Position numbers and translations under genes: made by a program
NCBI RefSeq assembly: GCF_000025945.1
Contig: NC_006138.1
Span: 2,760,001-2,792,000 of the forward strand
Origin: Desulfotalea psychrophila LSv54
GTDB lineage: Bacteria > Desulfobacterota > Desulfobulbia > Desulfobulbales > Desulfocapsaceae
Direction of reading: 5' to 3'
Length of the DNA stretch: 32,000 bases
Notes under the pieces: model-generated
Told to the model about the DNA's origin: nothing
The model's database searches: none
The model's input: the letters and a program-made list of their open reading frames with translations, nothing else
Part shown: one piece after another, positions 28,039 to 32,000 of the stretch
Position numbering within the stretch: the stretch's first letter is position 1
How the letters are laid out: each line of letters opens with the position of its first letter

Positions 28039-28119
28039 ATTTAACGCCCAGGGATAAACTGAAAGATTTTCATCAAAGCAAATTTATTCAGGAAACAACC
28101 AATCGTCGGGAAGCTAACA
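28039..28119 (+). mobile_element. Right-end remnant of a related IS481-family element
   Basis: TTAACGCCCAGGGATAAACTGAAAGATTTTCATCAAAGCAAATTTATTCAGGAAACAACCAATCGTCGGGAAGCTAACA aligns with the 3' end and TIR of the intact IS (TTAACGCCCATGGATAAGCTGAAAGAGTTTCATCAA...AATCGTCGGGGACCCAACA). Confidence 0.8.
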
Positions 28120-28248
28120 ATGGGACGCCAGGCGATGGGGGACAGCTCTGGCAGGGTGCGACTGGCAACACCTAATCCGCCGAGTATAAAAGAAATATCA
28201 ATATTAGAGGAATTAACAAGGCGCGCATTGACGTCGTAACCGCATTGA

Positions 28249-28983
28249 ATGGAGAATAGAATGATCCATCTTGATGATCTTAAGGCTTTTGTTCATTTTG
28301 ACCGGGAAAAAAAGGTCGACACGATCCTGCCACTTATAACGACTCTTATTGCCGGTCTCGTTATAATATTATCTATCAGTCCTGAATATTTACGTGAGCT
28401 GAACCCGATCACCCTTTTCCTTTTATCAGTTGCCTGTGCCCTGCCGGTCTGGTCTTTAAACCAGCTTCTATGGTGGCATTTAGGAAGAAAGATATCCAGC
28501 GAACTGGTTGGCAAGATCGTTTATATTTTTGATATTTCAGGGAAAGAGAAAAAAGTACTGTCATTTGCCCTTGGCCAGTTGATGACGGCCCTGGATATCA
28601 TGCGCTTCATCCCTTCGAAAAATATTGCCAACCTGGTAACAGTCCTGACAATATATCTTGCCGCCGCAGTAATTTATTTCACCTCCGGTTCACCGGCCCT
28701 TCTCTATGGGATTATTTTTTTACTGAGCCTAATCATTTGGCTTGGCGGCTGGTACGCCTTGCACAGATCCAGCCGAAAAATCGATGTGAAGCCCCTGAAA
28801 AATGCGTGGGAGCAGTTGAAAGACAACGAAGAGCTCCTGGCCAATATCAACAAACATTTCGAAAAAATTGAAGAGATGGTTCTAGCAAGGGCAAGCCTGC
28901 TTGGAAAAAACAAGGATGAGGTAGAAGCAGAAAGCAGGGAGGAGGCCACTCAAAGGGAAAAAGAAAACGGCGAAGATAACTAG
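28249..28983 (+). CDS. Hypothetical membrane protein, four TM segments plus C-terminal charged helix
   Basis: Hydrophobic segments LITTLIAGLVIILSI, LFLLSVACALPVWSL, LVTVLTIYLAAAVIYF, LLYGIIFLLSLIIWLGGWYAL followed by a coiled-coil-like tail. Confidence 0.75.
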   Translation: MENRMIHLDDLKAFVHFDREKKVDTILPLITTLIAGLVIILSISPEYLRELNPITLFLLSVACALPVWSLNQLLWWHLGRKISSELVGKIVYIFDISGKEKKVLSFALGQLMTALDIMRFIPSKNIANLVTVLTIYLAAAVIYFTSGSPALLYGIIFLLSLIIWLGGWYALHRSSRKIDVKPLKNAWEQLKDNEELLANINKHFEKIEEMVLARASLLGKNKDEVEAESREEATQREKENGEDN

Positions 28984-29158
28984 TTACCGCTTACGAAGAG
29001 GCTCACAGCTACCTTAAGCGCCCAAGATCTCATCACATTTCGATGTCAGAGAGACAATTCGCGTAAAGTGTCTCTCTTGCCGGCAAAACGGGAGGACATC
29101 GACCACTGAGCACGTTTGCGAGAAGACAGCGAGCCTAGAGCAACAGGGCCAATCAATA

Positions 29159-29770
29159 TCACTTAATTACAATATCATACACATCCAGTAGAGACAGAAC
29201 ATCTGGTAAAGAAAACACTGTCTTTTTCAATTTATTTCCATCTGGATGGATGGAATAATTTGAGGCATATGAAAAATCAGTATATTCCAAATTGGTATTT
29301 ACAAATCGGCTTCCAGTAAAGTCTGAATATCTGCAATTTGATTTCGATAGATTAGTCTCAGCAAAATCAGCCTCTTTAACCATACAGTTAGTCATTTCTG
29401 TTTTTCGTAGGTCTACACCTATAAAGCTACAATAATTGAGCAAACACTGTCTAAATTTTATATTTAAGGGAATCCCGGTATCAGCCCACTGAATTCCAGT
29501 TAACTTTGATTCTTCAAAAGTGACACCAGCAAAGACACTATGCTTTATCAAAATTGAGCTTAAATCACAGTTTTTAAAGCTACAATTTTCAAATCTACAG
29601 GCAAAAAAGATGACTTTGGAAAATTTGCAATTGATAAATGTGCAGTCACTAAACTCAACCTCAGTTAACTTGGTGTTTTGCTGTAACTCTATTTCTGAGA
29701 ATATTTCATCTGCAATGAGATCTATATTCAATATATCGGTTTCATTTTTATTCATTTTGCTTTTCATCAA
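29159..29770 (-). CDS. Pentapeptide-repeat protein
   Basis: Series such as CTFINCKFSKVIFFACRFENCSFKNCDLSSI and CMVKEADFAETNLSKSNCRYSDFTGSRFVNTNLEYTDFSYASN (A(D/N)LXX-like). Confidence 0.88.
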   Translation of the reverse strand: MMKSKMNKNETDILNIDLIADEIFSEIELQQNTKLTEVEFSDCTFINCKFSKVIFFACRFENCSFKNCDLSSILIKHSVFAGVTFEESKLTGIQWADTGIPLNIKFRQCLLNYCSFIGVDLRKTEMTNCMVKEADFAETNLSKSNCRYSDFTGSRFVNTNLEYTDFSYASNYSIHPDGNKLKKTVFSLPDVLSLLDVYDIVIK

Positions 29771-29889
29771 TCTTATCTATTTTCAGCTTCTAACTGTTGG
29801 GGGATCTGATGCAGCCCCCAACAAAACACGCCCACCTCAACACCTTTCCCGTTTGCCTATTTTGGGCCAGGAAATCCGCCCCCACACAC

Positions 29890-31350
29890 CTAGAGAACTG
29901 CGTTGTGCCCAGCAGCCTCTTTGAACCATTTCGCACTCAGTTTTGGCGTACGTTTTTGAGTTTTAAAATTTACGTGCACCAGTCCGAAACGCGTACCAAA
30001 ACCTCCGCTCCATTCCAAATTATCAAATGCGCTCCAGACAAAGTTGCCCTTTATGGGTACGCCCTCAGCGCTTGCTCTCTGTAGCTGTCCCATAGCGTTG
30101 CGCAGGTACATGACGCGATCGGTATCGTAGATATTGCCGTCGGCAGATATCTCGTCGCTGGCAGCACAGCCATTTTCAGTTATGTAAATCGCCTTCGGCT
30201 TCCAGATGGAGTGGGTCAGACGTGGAGCCCAATAAAGAACTTCAGGCGCGAAGGTATGCCAGGGCGAGGACATTTTTGGATGTGATACGCTCATAGGCAC
30301 TTCTTTATAGCCAGATTCATCCTCAGAGGCCATAACGTACATTTTGGGGATGTAAACATTGATACCAACAAAATCTACCGGTGAGCCAATGGCTTGCAGA
30401 TCTTCTTCTGTGAATTTCGGAGCGTCCTTACCTGCCTCTTGCAGGTAGGCATCACTGTATTTTCCGGTCAGCATGACGTCCAAAAAACGGGCATTGAGAC
30501 GACGTGTAGCTAACTCCGCAGCTTTAACATGCTCTGGGCTGTCCATTATTGGTACCCCGCAAAACATTACCTCTGCAGGACCTACTTTAGTACCTTTTTT
30601 TCCCATTGCCCGAATGGCCTGCACCGACAGACCATGGGCCAGCACGGTATGATGGGCAACCTGGTTCAAAGCTTGATTGTCGAGCTTAAGACCCGGAGCC
30701 AGTTCAATATGCACTGGTTTACCTTGAACCACCATATCTACACCACGGTGGCCCATATCTACAATATTTTGAAATTCATTTAGAGTGAAGAAATTTTTCA
30801 CCCTATCACTCAATTTTTCCGCCATATAACCCGCATATTGGGCGAAACATTCAGCTGTTTCGCGTGACTGCCATCCCCCTTTGTCCTGCAGTGCCTGTGG
30901 CAGATCCCAGTGGTAGAGTGTGGCAAAGGGTTGAATGCCAGCATTAAGTAGCTCATCGACAAGACGATTATAAAAATCCAGCCCCTTCGGATTTGCCAGC
31001 CCCGTACCGCTCGGGAAGATGCGAGACCAGGCAATGGAGAACCTGTATCCGGTTGCCCCCATCTCCTTCATTATTTGTACATCTTCCTTATATCGCTGGT
31101 AGTGGTCAATAGCGACATCACCGGTATCATTATTTTTCATCTTTCCCGGTATGTGTGCATAGGTATCCCATATTGACATGCCCTTGCCATCCACTTTAGG
31201 GGAGCCCTCAATCTGATAAGACGCTGTAGCCAGTCCCCAGCAAAAACCGTCTGGAAATTTTGCCAAGTTGGACGCTGATGTAATGAGAGCACCATCATCT
31301 TGGGTCTTTACAGACAGAGTACCTCCAGGAAGAACGGAATTAATAGGCAT
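29890..31350 (-). CDS. Glycoside hydrolase family 1 (beta-glucosidase-like)
   Basis: FPDGFCWGLATASYQIEG, GMSIWDTYAHIPGK, YRFSIAWSRIFP, YHWDLPQAL, FFTLNE, YITENGCA, NFVWSAFDNLEW. Confidence 0.94.
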   Translation of the reverse strand: MPINSVLPGGTLSVKTQDDGALITSASNLAKFPDGFCWGLATASYQIEGSPKVDGKGMSIWDTYAHIPGKMKNNDTGDVAIDHYQRYKEDVQIMKEMGATGYRFSIAWSRIFPSGTGLANPKGLDFYNRLVDELLNAGIQPFATLYHWDLPQALQDKGGWQSRETAECFAQYAGYMAEKLSDRVKNFFTLNEFQNIVDMGHRGVDMVVQGKPVHIELAPGLKLDNQALNQVAHHTVLAHGLSVQAIRAMGKKGTKVGPAEVMFCGVPIMDSPEHVKAAELATRRLNARFLDVMLTGKYSDAYLQEAGKDAPKFTEEDLQAIGSPVDFVGINVYIPKMYVMASEDESGYKEVPMSVSHPKMSSPWHTFAPEVLYWAPRLTHSIWKPKAIYITENGCAASDEISADGNIYDTDRVMYLRNAMGQLQRASAEGVPIKGNFVWSAFDNLEWSGGFGTRFGLVHVNFKTQKRTPKLSAKWFKEAAGHNAVL

Positions 31351-31503
31351 ACACTTTCCTTCTTTGAATTGAGTAGTTAGTAATTATTGCCCTTTTCTTA
31401 GGTCTGGTTCTGCAAGACACTGTTTGCAAAGTTATTATTGCATGTCAGGGGACAGAATGCCATTTTTCATAGTGCACAGCACCTCAACACCGGACGGTGA
31501 TCA

Positions 31504-32000
31504 TCAAGTCCTGCGGTATTTCTTTTTTAAGACGCCAACCATCCTTGCCGTCAATGAATTGGAAAGTCGGGCATTATACGAGGCATGATATTGAACCGGC
31601 AAGTCAGCAAGTGACAGATCAACGGGTAACTGAACAGAGGGGTCTTCTTGATTATCTTGAGGACGGCTGGGGTCCATGGACGGAAGATCCTTAAATGGTC
31701 CAACCTCTGTTATATTTTTAAAGTTGGGCAGGAGCGGATTCTGCACGATTTGTTGAGTTGCAATCGCATATTTTCGTGAAATTTCAGCAGGAGTCCCCTT
31801 TTTTACGGCAGGGTCAACATTAACAGCGTCAATTGAGATTGTATCGTCATCAGCAAAAAAGATCTCAAAGTTTCTAAACTGCTGAGGAAAATCACGAAGC
31901 GACGACGTCTCAACCTGCCAAAATCCTCTTTCCGGTTTGGTTACATCATCCGATGTAATTGCCTTGACAGTGTTAAAATGGCGATGACCGGCTATCCACA
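31504..32000 (-). CDS. Metallophosphoesterase-like protein, C-terminal part (TIGR03768-like), continues past window edge
   Basis: Minus frame reads WIAGHRHFNTVKAITSDDVTKPERGFWQVETSSLRDFPQQFRNFEIFFADDDTISIDAVNVDPAVKKGTPAEISRKYAIATQQIV...YRRT*. Confidence 0.75.
   Translation of the reverse strand, partial: WIAGHRHFNTVKAITSDDVTKPERGFWQVETSSLRDFPQQFRNFEIFFADDDTISIDAVNVDPAVKKGTPAEISRKYAIATQQIVQNPLLPNFKNITEVGPFKDLPSMDPSRPQDNQEDPSVQLPVDLSLADLPVQYHASYNARLSNSLTARMVGVLKKKYRRT

Noticed and set aside
1-32000. CRISPR arrays, retron-like RNA, rRNA or tRNA genes
   Set aside because: I saw no regularly spaced direct repeats, reverse transcriptase or recognisable tRNA/rRNA sequence on reading; covariance tools were not available.

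Overview
Bacterial chromosomal window that looks Gram-negative; gene content and repeats suggest a Desulfobulbaceae-like Desulfobacterota genome, but that is inference only. The left half has an ExoIII 3' end and a PBP1B-type bifunctional penicillin-binding protein. These are followed by a tightly packed minus-strand locus (about 3.4-15.4 kb) encoding, in transcription order: an FHA protein with an FhaA/DUF3662-like N-terminus, RodA/FtsW, a HExxH metallopeptidase, a PbpA-type PBP, a zinc-finger + formylglycine-generating-enzyme (FGE)-like protein, a secreted/membrane coiled-coil protein split by frameshifts, a zinc-ribbon + SPFH-like + coiled-coil protein, a Ser/Thr kinase and a PP2C phosphatase. 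A second FhaA-like protein with a degenerate FHA lies at 18.6-19.35 kb. The kinase/phosphatase/FHA/RodA/PBP core resembles the actinobacterial pknB-pstP-fha locus, with unusual added components; this is my main candidate system. The right half is mosaic. It has MITE-like repeats bracketing a DsbB-like gene and a DUF211 + VIT1/CCC1-like pair. An intact IS481-family element (TIRs and a 6-bp TSD) sits in the last codons of the VIT1-like gene. A DUF2806 gene and further small ORFs are associated with two attC-like integron recombination sites, one closely resembling a Vibrio VCR. Beyond these are a secreted caspase-HEAT protein, a pentapeptide-repeat protein, a GH1 glycosidase and a partial metallophosphoesterase. 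Four single-base -1 frameshifts, three in homopolymer runs of 4-6 nt and one at a possible GG doublet, break otherwise coherent genes and may be sequence errors. All calls are from reading the sequence; no database search was run.
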